In this document: positions 9,231-18,383 of the stretch, one piece after another | Layout: each line of letters starts with the position of its first letter | How positions within the stretch are numbered: position 1 is the stretch's first letter | Made by a program: the position numbers and the translations under genes | Notes under the pieces: generated by a model | What the model saw: only the letters and a program-made list of their open reading frames with translations | What the model was told of the DNA's origin: nothing | The model's database searches: none | NCBI GenBank assembly: GCA_039028615.1 | Contig: JBCCHT010000006.1 | Span: 240,985 to 304,984, forward strand | Source: Myxococcota bacterium | GTDB lineage: Bacteria; Myxococcota_A; Polyangia; Nannocystales; Nannocystaceae | Length of the DNA stretch: 64,000 nucleotides | Direction: 5' to 3'

Positions 9231-10079
9231 ATGTCGAAGGCCGACGAAGCCGAGCTGAGCACTTTGCGCACCCGCGTCAATGCCGCGTGGGAAGACCGAG
9301 CCTTGCTCGAGGACGACGATCACCGAGCCGCTGTGCGACGGACGATCGCCCTGCTCGACGCCGGCTCGATCCGGGTCGCGTCCCCTCCCGCCGAAGACGG
9401 TGGCGACTGGGCGGTGCACATCTGGATCAAGCAGGCGATCGTTCTCTACTTCATTACTCAGAAGCTGCGGACCGATAACGTCGGCCCCTTCGAGTACTAC
9501 GACAAGATCCCGCTGGGACGAGACTGGGCGCAAGCCGGCGTCCGCGTGGTGCCTCCCGCGACGGCGCGGTATGGCGCGTTCATCGAGTCGGGCTGCGTGC
9601 TCATGCCCAGCTACGTCAACGTCGGTGCCTATATTGGTACGGGCACGATGGTCGACACCTGGGCCACGGTGGGCAGCTGCGCCCAGATCGGTCGCAACGT
9701 GCACCTGTCGGGCGGCGTGGGCATCGGTGGTGTGCTCGAGCCCCCCGGAGCCACCCCGGTCATCATCGAGGACGGCTGTTTCGTGGGCTCCCGCGCCATC
9801 GTGGTCGAGGGCGTCCGCCTCGAGCGTGAGGTGGTCCTCGGCGCCAACGTCGTCATCACCGCGTCCACGCCCATCATCGACGTCACTGGCGAGGAGCCGG
9901 TGACGTACAAGGGCCGAGTGCCCGCGCGAAGCGTGGTCATCCCGGGCACCCGACCCAAGAAGTTCCCCGCGGGGGAGTACCAGGTTGCCTGCGCCCTCAT
10001 CATCGGACGACGCAAAGAGAGCACCGATCAGCGCACCAGCCTCAACGATGCGCTGCGGACCTTCGACGTCCAGGTGTAG
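9231..10079 (+). CDS. dapD: 2,3,4,5-tetrahydropyridine-2,6-dicarboxylate N-succinyltransferase
   Basis: YDKIPL, RVVPPATARYGA, MPSYVNVGAY, MVDTWATVGSCAQIG and HLSGGVGIGGVLEP. Confidence 0.95.
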   Translation: MSKADEAELSTLRTRVNAAWEDRALLEDDDHRAAVRRTIALLDAGSIRVASPPAEDGGDWAVHIWIKQAIVLYFITQKLRTDNVGPFEYYDKIPLGRDWAQAGVRVVPPATARYGAFIESGCVLMPSYVNVGAYIGTGTMVDTWATVGSCAQIGRNVHLSGGVGIGGVLEPPGATPVIIEDGCFVGSRAIVVEGVRLEREVVLGANVVITASTPIIDVTGEEPVTYKGRVPARSVVIPGTRPKKFPAGEYQVACALIIGRRKESTDQRTSLNDALRTFDVQV

Positions 10080-10226
10080 CGACCGGGGCAAAACGCTCGC
10101 AGGGCGGGCGGACGGGGGCCGCATCACGCAACGACACGGGCTGCGGTGCGTCCCCTCTGCTACGATGAACTCACCGTCGATGACTCGCGTTCATCAGCCG
10201 TCCGCATCGCCTCGGGGGACTCGCTC

Positions 10227-11042
10227 ATGAGTCGCCCTCGCGGTCGTCGTCTGCTCGAGCGGGTTCGGCGCAATCGTGTCGGCTCCGGCGGGAGCAACAA
10301 CCAGCGGGGCCCTTCGCCCGGCACTGGTTTCGGTCTCGAAGATGAAGGGCCTCCGCCCGAGTCCGTGCCGGCTGGCGTCGGGTGGGATCACACCGCCCGC
10401 ACCGCCGACGCCTCGTCGCCCAGCGCGGGCATGAGCAGCGACGAACTCCGCTCCGCGTTGCTCAGCTTGCTCGCCGATCCACGCACGAGCTCCGTCACCG
10501 CGTCGGTGGCCGCCAAGACCCTCGGGCTCCCGGCCACCGACATCGAGAACACCCTCGACACCATGGTGCAGGCCGGCGAGCTCCAGCGAGCGGGCGGCGT
10601 GCCCAAGCGCTACCAGCTGCCCGCCGAGCAAAAGGCTCGCCTCGAGAACCTCTTCGTCGAGAGCGCGCGCGAGCTGGGTGAGCACGGGGTGTTGATGCAG
10701 GCGTCGCCCGACGACGCCCTCGCCACCCTCGACGACGAAGCCGAAGAGCCGCGCCTGCCCGTCACCGCGGGCTTGCTCAGCATGTTCTTGCCGGGCACGG
10801 GGCAGCTGCTCAACGGCGACGTGGGCCGAGCCTCGCTCGTGTTCGCGGTGTGGAGCCTGGCCTGGATCACCCAGCTGTCGCCCGTCTGGACCTTCGTGTG
10901 TCTGTACGCGGGCGCCGAGGCGTTCTTCACCGCGAAGATCCGCAGCATGGAGCGCAAGCTCGCCAAAGAGACCGCGCTCGGAAGCGGTGGGGCACCGCCG
11001 CCCTCCCCTCCTCAGCTGCCGCCCAAGCCGTCGACGCCCTGA
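10227..11042 (+). CDS. Hypothetical protein with winged-HTH-like domain and C-terminal membrane region
   Basis: VTASVAAKTLGLPATDIENTLDTMVQAGELQR resembles a wHTH; LLSMFLPGTGQLLNG plus hydrophobic helices resembles TM2/DUF5683-type anchors. Confidence 0.7.
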   Translation: MSRPRGRRLLERVRRNRVGSGGSNNQRGPSPGTGFGLEDEGPPPESVPAGVGWDHTARTADASSPSAGMSSDELRSALLSLLADPRTSSVTASVAAKTLGLPATDIENTLDTMVQAGELQRAGGVPKRYQLPAEQKARLENLFVESARELGEHGVLMQASPDDALATLDDEAEEPRLPVTAGLLSMFLPGTGQLLNGDVGRASLVFAVWSLAWITQLSPVWTFVCLYAGAEAFFTAKIRSMERKLAKETALGSGGAPPPSPPQLPPKPSTP

Positions 11043-11140
11043 TCCCGCTCACTGCTGGAGCGAACGCTTCGGCGCGAAGTCCCGCGAGGCGTTCGGAGTG
11101 CGATGCCGTTCAACCCGTGCTTCCATCGGACTGGGGTGAG

Positions 11141-11815
11141 ATGAAGCTTCGAGACATCGTCCCGTGGGGCCGGTCGCAGACCGAGTACCGCAGCATGTTC
11201 AACCTCTCGGATGCGGACCTCGGCGGCACGCTGCTCGGCTGCGGTGATGGTCCGGCGTCCTTCAACGCAGAGATCACCGCGTCGGGCGGCCGCGTGGTGT
11301 CCGTCGATCCGATCTATCGCTTCGATGCGACGCAGCTGCGGGGGCGGATCGAAGCGGCGTACGAGGAGGTCATGCCCCAGGTCATCGCTCGGCCCGACGA
11401 GTACTCGTGGAAGAGCATCCGTGACCCGGACGAGCTCGGGCGCGTGCGCATGAGAGCGATGGAGACCTTCCTCGGGGACTATGAACGAGGCAAGGCCCAG
11501 GAGCGCTACATCGAAGGCGCCCTGCCCGAGCTGCCCTTCGCCGATGAGCGCTTCGATCTCGCGCTGTGCTCTCACTTCCTGTTTCTGTACAGCGAACGCG
11601 TCTCGCTCGAGCAGCACCTCGCGTCGGTGCGAGAGCTGTGTCGAGTCGCCAAGGAAGCACGCATCTACCCGCTGCTCACGCTCGCGGGCGAGCCTTCTCC
11701 GCACGTGGATCCGCTGCGCGGCATCCTGAACGACACGGGCATCGATACGCGCCTCGTCACCGTGGAGTACGAGTTCCAGAAGGGCGCGACCCAAATGCTG
11801 GTCGCCCGCGCGTAG
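11141..11815 (+). CDS. Class I SAM-dependent methyltransferase-like protein
   Basis: LLGCGDGPASF, VSVDPIY and LPFADERFDLALCSHFLFLY; start MKLRDIVPWGRS. Confidence 0.85.
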   Translation: MKLRDIVPWGRSQTEYRSMFNLSDADLGGTLLGCGDGPASFNAEITASGGRVVSVDPIYRFDATQLRGRIEAAYEEVMPQVIARPDEYSWKSIRDPDELGRVRMRAMETFLGDYERGKAQERYIEGALPELPFADERFDLALCSHFLFLYSERVSLEQHLASVRELCRVAKEARIYPLLTLAGEPSPHVDPLRGILNDTGIDTRLVTVEYEFQKGATQMLVARA

Positions 11816-12184
11816 CCACTACGGGAAGCAACCGGAGGTGTCGAAGGCGCACGACCCGTCGCACGCCAACGCCCCGCCCGAAAATCCACCGTGGGTAGGA
11901 AGTTGCTGACTCTCAACCAACGCTCATGCGTCGAGCACCGCGAATCCGTGGGACTTTTTCTCGACGATTCGACATCGAGAAAAGTCGGCTCGGCGATGTA
12001 ATGCCCGAGCCGATCACGGAAAGGGCAAGTCGTAGAGACGCTATCCGCTGGCCACGATGACCGAGCTTCGGTTCGCCACCCATAGAGTGGACGCGAAGCT
12101 TCGGGTTCGACCTCGGACCTCGGTCGCTCGACGACGAGCCGCGGCCGCACGGATGCGTCGCACCGAGCAAAGGAACGACGAGCC

Positions 12185-12826
12185 ATGAAGAAACTACTGT
12201 CTGTTTCGTGTCTGATGACCATCCTCTTGCCGCTGACGATGGCGAGCGGATGCGATTTCGAGTTCCCGCATCCCGATCTCCCTGGCGGGGACACGGGAGA
12301 ACGAGGCGGTGACGAAGCTGGCGAGGGCGGCGACCTCGAAGCATGTGATGCGGTGTTCGAGGCCTGCCTGGACGAAGGCGCCGACGAAGAAGCGTGTGTC
12401 GAGGTTCTCGAGGCCTGCTGGGACGAGGGCGGTGCCGAAGCCAACGGCGGTGGCGAGGAGCCCCCGATCGACGCGTGCGCGGGGGAGTTCGAGCTGTGCC
12501 TGGAAGAGGGTCACCCGATCGAGCTGTGCGAGGAGATCCTCGACGCATGCGACCCCGACGGCGAAGGCGAGTGCGAGGACCCCGACGGTGACGGCGAGGG
12601 CGAGCCCGACGGCGAGGACCCGGGAGGCGAGGAACCGGACGGGGAGGAGCCCGATGGCGAGGGCGAGCCCGATGGCGAAGACCCGGGAGGCGAGGAACCG
12701 GGCGGTGAGGAGCCCGATGGCGGACCCGCAAGCGAGCACTGCGTAGAGGAACTCGTCGCCTGTCTCGAGGCGGGCGAGCCCGCGTGGGTCTGCGAAGAGC
12801 TGCTCGAGGCCTGCGAACCGATGTAG
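12185..12826 (+). CDS. Acidic Cys-rich lipoprotein with three CX6CX9CX6C modules
   Basis: Signal peptide ending ASGC, AAGGAA RBS, three repeated Cys modules, own terminator. Confidence 0.8.
   Translation: MKKLLSVSCLMTILLPLTMASGCDFEFPHPDLPGGDTGERGGDEAGEGGDLEACDAVFEACLDEGADEEACVEVLEACWDEGGAEANGGGEEPPIDACAGEFELCLEEGHPIELCEEILDACDPDGEGECEDPDGDGEGEPDGEDPGGEEPDGEEPDGEGEPDGEDPGGEEPGGEEPDGGPASEHCVEELVACLEAGEPAWVCEELLEACEPM
12593..12718 (+). repeat. Two near-identical 63-bp in-frame tandem repeats (GEGEPDGEDPGGEEP[D/G]GEEPD)
   Basis: Copies start at 12593 and 12656. Confidence 0.85.
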
Positions 12827-12844
12827 TCCGAGAGCGAGACGGTC

Positions 12845-12880
12845 TGGGGCGCGGCTCCTTCGGGAGTCGCGCCCCATTTT
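12845..12880 (+). terminator. Intrinsic terminator
   Basis: TGGGGCGCGGCTCC-TTCG-GGAGTCGCGCCCCA-TTTT: 14-bp stem, UUCG tetraloop, U tract, just after the stop at 12826. Confidence 0.85.
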
Positions 12881-12939
12881 CCACGGCGCCCAGGCCCACT
12901 CGCGCAGGCCAGCGGCGACCCGGAAGGCGAGCGCGTCGC

Positions 12940-15333
12940 TCAGACCTTCGAGGGGGTCGTCAGCGGCAGGAAGGGCACGCGTTCCTCCGCATCGCCTTCG
13001 CCGTATAGCCACCGATACGCGAGCCAGCGCCCGAGCACGGACTGCGTGTACTTGCGCGTCTCGTCGTAGGGAATCGACTCGATGAACAGGTCGAGATCCC
13101 ACTTGCCCCGCTCGCCCAGCCAGCGATCGACCGAGCCCGCCCCCGCGTTGTAGCTGGGGATCGCCAGGGCCACCGCCCCGTTGCCGCCGCCGTAGCGCGC
13201 GGTGAGGCGGCCGAGGTAGCGCATGCCGAGATCGAGGTTGAGCGCGGGATCGAAGAGCACCCGCTCATTGTCGATGGAGACCCCCGCCGACTTGGCCAGG
13301 CCGCGCGCGGTGGCGGGCATCAGCTGCACCAAGCCCCGCGCCCCTGCGAACGAGGTCACGCCCGGATCGAAGCGACTCTCGGTCTGCATGATCGCGAAGG
13401 TGAGCAGCGAGGGCACCTCGTGGGTCGTCTCGCCGACGCCGATGATCTCGGTGAAGGGCTGCGGATAGGCCCCACGCCAGCGATCGAGGTTGCCGGCCCC
13501 GGGTGCGTCGGCACGCCAGCGCGCGCCGAGATTGGCGATCTCCCGCTGAGCGGCGGGATACAGCCCCGCCTGGTTGAGCACCGCCACCGCGGGCCACCCC
13601 TTGACCTCGGCGTGCCGAAGCTCGGCGCGGGCCTCGGTGCCCAGCCCCAAGCGCGCGAGCACGTCGGCGCGATGCAGCGCGTCGTCGCCCGCCGCCGCAG
13701 GTGCGGACGGCTCTGCGGGTGCACCCCGCAGGCGGTCGAGTCCCTGGGTGAGCAGCTCGGGCCCGCGCTCGCGAAGCCGCGACAGGGCCTGCAGCGAGGG
13801 GTAGTCGAGCGGAGCCGCCTCCACCGCTTCGAGCCAGGCCTGCTCGGCGTCCTCGGGGCGCCCGAGGTGATCGAGCGCCCGCCCACGGAAGTACAGCAGC
13901 TTGGCGCGCTCGGCCGGGTGCGCGATCGAACCTTTGAGCGCGGCATCGATCAGCGCGAGCGCCTGCTTGTGCTTGCCCCCGGCGAAGTGCATCACGAGCA
14001 GCCGGCGTCGGGCCTCGTGGCGCTTGTCGCCGGGGTGCTTTTCGATGGCGCGCACATACGCCTTGGCCGCGCGCGCTTCGTTGCCGTGGGACTCCCACGA
14101 CTCGCCCGCGAGCACCAGCGCATCATCGGCATAGCTGTGCTCGCCGTGATCGGAGGCCAAGGCCTCGAAGCGCTCACCCGCCTTGGAGTACTGACCCGCG
14201 GCATACCACCCGCGCGCGCCCTGGTATCGCGACTTGACGCGTAGGGTCTCGAACTTCTTGCCCGCGGCCTTGCAGTCGCGATCGGCCCGGTCGAAGGCAT
14301 CCCGTGCTTCGGCGCGCTTGCGTTGCTTGAAGATCGACGACCCCTTCACGTACCAGAGCCGACAACGCTGGGCCGCGCTGAGCTTGGACTTGGACTTCAC
14401 GCCGTCGACGGCCTTGACCGCCGAGGCATAGCGATGGCGATCGAGCAGGGCCTCGGCCCGCAATACCGACAGCTCTCGCCTGTGGCTGGCCGCCGCCCCG
14501 CCCTTGCGCAAGGGCCCGAGCTCCCGCTCCAGCTTGGGGATCGTCTTCTTGGCTTCTTGGCCGTAGTCGCTCAGCGGCACCGCGGTGCGCAGACCATCGT
14601 AGAGGGTCAGCCCTTCGCGACGGCGCTCGTCGTCGTCGTCCTCGACCAGCATGCGCGCGAGCTTGGCCCGCACCTCGAAGCGTCGGTCTCCCTTTTTGTG
14701 GTCGGCGAGGTACTGGCGATAGGCCTTCTCCGCCCCGTCGGGATCCTTGGTGCGACGATGCGCGTCACCTTCGATGACCAGCAGATCGCCGCCGACGGCG
14801 GAGGCCGTCCACACCTTGCGGTCGAGGCCTTCGAGCAAGCTCCGTGCGACCTCCGGCTGGCCAGCGTCGAGCCGTGCTTGGGCCTCCCAGCGAACCAACC
14901 AGACCGCCACCGACTCGAGCCCGGGCGCCTTGCGAGCCGCCGCGAACCGATCGGCCGCCTCGGCGTCTTGCCCCTGCTTTTGATGCTCGAGGGCGCGAAG
15001 GAGCTCGGCCGCGCCGCGGTCGTCGGCGCTCAGGCTCTCGTCGGCGAGCAGGCGATCCAAGGCCTCGCGGGCGGCGTCGTGGTCCCGTCGCTCCCGCGCC
15101 ACGATGGCGCTGCGGCCGGGCCCGCTGGCAAACCAGAGTTCACGATCACCGCCGTCGTTGTCGGCGTCGCTCGGCGCCTCGGCTTCCAGCTCGGGCTCGG
15201 CGGCGGTATCCGGCGACTGCGGCGGCGTATCGGCCGGGAGCTGCGCCGCCGGGAGATTGCCATCGTTTCGACAACCGGGCGCCGCAAGCACTCCGAGCAG
15301 CACCAGGGCGAGTCGGGCGCGCGGGCTCACCAT
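12940..15333 (-). CDS. Slt-family lytic transglycosylase lipoprotein with TPR region
   Basis: Lipobox-like LAAPGC; TPR-like helices; AIMQTESRF, GLVQLMPATA, SYNAG and FIESIPYDETRKY. Start MVSPRAR with GGAGG RBS. Confidence 0.9.
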   Translation of the reverse strand: MVSPRARLALVLLGVLAAPGCRNDGNLPAAQLPADTPPQSPDTAAEPELEAEAPSDADNDGGDRELWFASGPGRSAIVARERRDHDAAREALDRLLADESLSADDRGAAELLRALEHQKQGQDAEAADRFAAARKAPGLESVAVWLVRWEAQARLDAGQPEVARSLLEGLDRKVWTASAVGGDLLVIEGDAHRRTKDPDGAEKAYRQYLADHKKGDRRFEVRAKLARMLVEDDDDERRREGLTLYDGLRTAVPLSDYGQEAKKTIPKLERELGPLRKGGAAASHRRELSVLRAEALLDRHRYASAVKAVDGVKSKSKLSAAQRCRLWYVKGSSIFKQRKRAEARDAFDRADRDCKAAGKKFETLRVKSRYQGARGWYAAGQYSKAGERFEALASDHGEHSYADDALVLAGESWESHGNEARAAKAYVRAIEKHPGDKRHEARRRLLVMHFAGGKHKQALALIDAALKGSIAHPAERAKLLYFRGRALDHLGRPEDAEQAWLEAVEAAPLDYPSLQALSRLRERGPELLTQGLDRLRGAPAEPSAPAAAGDDALHRADVLARLGLGTEARAELRHAEVKGWPAVAVLNQAGLYPAAQREIANLGARWRADAPGAGNLDRWRGAYPQPFTEIIGVGETTHEVPSLLTFAIMQTESRFDPGVTSFAGARGLVQLMPATARGLAKSAGVSIDNERVLFDPALNLDLGMRYLGRLTARYGGGNGAVALAIPSYNAGAGSVDRWLGERGKWDLDLFIESIPYDETRKYTQSVLGRWLAYRWLYGEGDAEERVPFLPLTTPSKV

Positions 15334-15346
15334 GACCTCCTCGGCG

Positions 15347-16261
15347 TCAGACCAGGCGAGTGGGTTCGTTTTCGGGGTCGTAGATCTCGACCCGGTTCTT
15401 CCCGCTGCGCTTGGCGAGATACAACGCCGCGTCGGCCGCTTCGACCAACGCCTCGGCCTTGGGCTCGACCAACATCCCCAGGTCGGCCACACCGACGGAA
15501 ACCGTCACTTGGAGGGTCGTGCCTTCGATGTCGAAGGGCTTGCCGCCCACCGTGTCTTTGATCCGATAGGCCGCTCGCGCCGCCCGAATCGCGTCGACGT
15601 CCCGACATATCAGCGCGAACTCCTCGCCCCCGTAGCGCGCGAAGATGTCCTCGCTGCGGGTCGTGCCGAGCACGCGGTGCGCCAGCGACGACAGCACCTG
15701 GTCTCCCGCGGGGTGCCCGTTTTCGTCGTTGATCTTCTTGAAGTTGTCGATGTCGAAGATGACCAGCGACAGCGGCTTGCCGTGCCGCAGCGCGAAGGCG
15801 ACGTCGCTCTCGAGGCGGTTGGAGAAGTAGCCGCGGTTGAAAATGCCCGTGAGGCGGTCGCGCAGCGCCGACTCGTAGAGGTTCCGCTGGAAGTCCTCGT
15901 CGATGTCGTCGTGATACGTGAACTTGAGCACGCTCGACGCACCGATCTGGATCTTGTCGCCCTCCTGGAGCTTGTAGCGATCGACCTTGTTGCCGTTGGC
16001 GAAGGTCCCGTTGGTGGACCCCGCGTCGCTGAGCAAGTAGTCGTCATCCTCTTTTTCGACGACGGCATGGGTACGAGATATTCCCTCGTCGTTGATTCTG
16101 ACGTCGGTCTGCAGCCCGCGACCGATGGTCGTGCGGTCGTTCTTCAGGGGGAACATCTCCCCCATTCGATCGCCAGACAGCACCACCACGAAGGCCCGCT
16201 TCTTGCCGCCACGAATTCGCTCCACGGCATCGGGCTCCAGGCGAATCGTCGACTTCGACAT
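15347..16261 (-). CDS. FHA-domain diguanylate cyclase
   Basis: FHA motifs IGRG, ISRTHA, STNGTF; GGDEF domain DIDNFKKIND, RSED I-site, RYGGEEF. Confidence 0.92.
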   Translation of the reverse strand: MSKSTIRLEPDAVERIRGGKKRAFVVVLSGDRMGEMFPLKNDRTTIGRGLQTDVRINDEGISRTHAVVEKEDDDYLLSDAGSTNGTFANGNKVDRYKLQEGDKIQIGASSVLKFTYHDDIDEDFQRNLYESALRDRLTGIFNRGYFSNRLESDVAFALRHGKPLSLVIFDIDNFKKINDENGHPAGDQVLSSLAHRVLGTTRSEDIFARYGGEEFALICRDVDAIRAARAAYRIKDTVGGKPFDIEGTTLQVTVSVGVADLGMLVEPKAEALVEAADAALYLAKRSGKNRVEIYDPENEPTRLV

Positions 16262-16432
16262 ATCCGGGGCAGGATGCTATCAGGCCTTCGTTTGGGTCGC
16301 TACGGGCGCCGCCACCCGGGTCTCGGGCGCGCCGTCGGTGGACCGGGGTCGTGGCGAGCCGCCCGCCCCCCTTCGGGCCGTAGCAGTGGCCAGGACGGCC
16401 AAACACGGCGTATAGTCGGCATCGGCCGACCC

Positions 16433-17371
16433 GTGAAGTCCTCTCTCCGAGATCATCACCACCGTGGCCTCCCCCCCGTTGCAGGGGCAGGCCACACCGG
16501 GATAGCTCGCGGCCTCGCGGTCGCGCTGACCCTTGCTCTCGTTCAGATCCCGCTATCGGCTCGAGCCCAGGGCGCGGACGAAGCGCAACCCGCGGACGAT
16601 GCCTCGTCGGCAGGTTCTGCCGAGGAGCCGGAGCGAGACGCCAAGCTCGATCAAGCGATGCGGGCCTACAACCGAGGCAAGCAAAACTACAACCTGGCGC
16701 AGTACGAGGCCGCGCTGGCCGACTTCCAGGAAGCGGCGAGCCTCTACGCCTCGCCCGACTTCCAGTACAACATCGGGCTCTGCTACGAGAAGCTCGAGAA
16801 GTACGAGGAAGCCATCTTGGCCTTCGTCACCTATCTCAAGACCAAGCCCGGGGCCGAGGATCGACCCAACGTCGAAAACCGCATCCGTGAGCTTCGCGAA
16901 GAGATCGAAAAGCAGAAGCAAGAAGAGGCCGACGCCAAGGCTCGCGCCGAGCAGGACGCGAAGAACCGCAACCAGCCGGTCCAGCCCACTCCGCCGGTCG
17001 ACGAAGGCCCGGAGAACCCGGGGCGGGGTCTGGTGATCGCGGGCGCGGCCCTCATCGCCGCGGGCGGAGCGGTGGCGCTGGGCGGTGGCGTGGGCTTCGG
17101 CGTGCTCGCCAGCCAGCGCAACAACAGCCTCAACGACGTGCAGACCGGCGGCAACCCGGACATGCTCACTTTCAGCGAAGCCCAGACTCTGGAGTCCGAA
17201 GGCCAGCGCTTCGAGACCATCCAGATCGGCATGGCGGCCGGCGGCGCCGTGGTGGCGGTGACCGGCACCGTCCTCCTCGCGCTCGGCCTCCGCAAGCGCA
17301 AAGCAGCCGTAGAGCCGAGCGCCTGGCTCAGCCCTTCGATGGCCGGCCTGTCCTTCCGCGGCAGGTTTTGA
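16433..17371 (+). CDS. Secreted TPR protein with hydrophobic C-terminal region
   Basis: Signal-like LAVALTLALVQIPLSARA; TPR FQYNIGLCYEKLEKYEEAI; Gly-rich helices; ends LSFRGRF. GTG start uncertain. Confidence 0.8.
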   Translation: MKSSLRDHHHRGLPPVAGAGHTGIARGLAVALTLALVQIPLSARAQGADEAQPADDASSAGSAEEPERDAKLDQAMRAYNRGKQNYNLAQYEAALADFQEAASLYASPDFQYNIGLCYEKLEKYEEAILAFVTYLKTKPGAEDRPNVENRIRELREEIEKQKQEEADAKARAEQDAKNRNQPVQPTPPVDEGPENPGRGLVIAGAALIAAGGAVALGGGVGFGVLASQRNNSLNDVQTGGNPDMLTFSEAQTLESEGQRFETIQIGMAAGGAVVAVTGTVLLALGLRKRKAAVEPSAWLSPSMAGLSFRGRF

Positions 17372-17383
17372 CGGAAGACCGCG

Positions 17384-18358
17384 ATGAACAGATCCATCGG
17401 GACCGCAGCCAGCACCGCGCTGGCATCCCTATTCCTCACGGGTTGTTTCACGACCGAGCTCGACCCCGACCTCGGGGGCGTGTTCGCCTGCACCGTGACC
17501 GAGGGCGAGGATGACTGCCCCGCGGGCCTCAGCTGCGTCAACGAGCGCTGCGAGGCCATCGAGGACCTGCCCTCCCTGGCCATCCCCAACCCCGAAGACG
17601 AAGAGCCGCTGTCCACTCCGGCCGTCGACTTCGTCGACAACGGCGGGGAGACCATCGACATCACGATGACGGTGCAAGGCCAGCTCAACCTGGTCGACTC
17701 GTCCTCGGGTGCCGACCACGTCTTCGGCGAAGGGCACATCGTCGTGTTCGTCGACGGCGTCGAGAATCAGATCATCGACTCGGGGGGCGTCAGCGCACCG
17801 CAGGCGATCACCGTGCAGGTCGACTCGACCCCCGGTCCGCATCGGCTCTCGGTTCAGGCCCGGCGCAACGACGGGATCGACTACGACAACGAGGGCTCGC
17901 TCGCGACTCGGCTCTTTTGGCTGGAGAGCGACTCGAGCGTGAGCCCGCGCCCCTTCGTCGCGATCAAGACCCCGTGGCCCGGCACGACCTATGGCCTCGA
18001 CGCCACCGCGACCGAGGTGACCATCGCCACCCTGAACTTCGACCAGGTGGTCCCGGGCGACACCGCGATCGAAGGCAGCGGGCACTCGCACATCTACTAC
18101 GAGGACGAGTTCCCGGCCTGCGTGGACGATGCGCTCTGCGACGGCGGGTACATCACGGTGTTCCCCGCCTTCGACGACATCACCGTGGCCTCCGAGGGCC
18201 TGCTACCCAGCTCGTCCGAAGGCACGGCCACGCTGACCGCCGTGCTGCGCAACATCAACCACGGGCTCTACGCCATCCCCTTCGGGTGCGAGCGCGGCGT
18301 GGACGACGACTGCGAGCCCGTGCTCGAGACGATCACGCTCAACCGCGTCGCCCAGTAG
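17384..18358 (+). CDS. Cys-containing lipoprotein of unknown function
   Basis: Lipobox LTGC; N-terminal C..DDCPAGLSCVNERC module; two beta-rich repeats with GEGHIVVFVD and GSGHSHIYYED. Confidence 0.8.
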   Translation: MNRSIGTAASTALASLFLTGCFTTELDPDLGGVFACTVTEGEDDCPAGLSCVNERCEAIEDLPSLAIPNPEDEEPLSTPAVDFVDNGGETIDITMTVQGQLNLVDSSSGADHVFGEGHIVVFVDGVENQIIDSGGVSAPQAITVQVDSTPGPHRLSVQARRNDGIDYDNEGSLATRLFWLESDSSVSPRPFVAIKTPWPGTTYGLDATATEVTIATLNFDQVVPGDTAIEGSGHSHIYYEDEFPACVDDALCDGGYITVFPAFDDITVASEGLLPSSSEGTATLTAVLRNINHGLYAIPFGCERGVDDDCEPVLETITLNRVAQ

Positions 18359-18383
18359 GCGACGCGGCCGCAGCGGCTGCGGG

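Noticed and set aside
12010..12150. Possible c-di-GMP-I (GEMM) riboswitch upstream of the Cys-rich lipoprotein
   Set aside because: GGCAA and GACGCGAAGCTTCGGG fragments are present, but I could not build the GNRA-capped P2 or P1. An Infernal search would settle it.
15104..16432. Long N-terminal extensions in the ORF track (TPR 755 aa; also SPFH 53983 and Wzy 34732)
   Set aside because: They overlap other real genes; protein-like sequence begins only at the downstream starts used.
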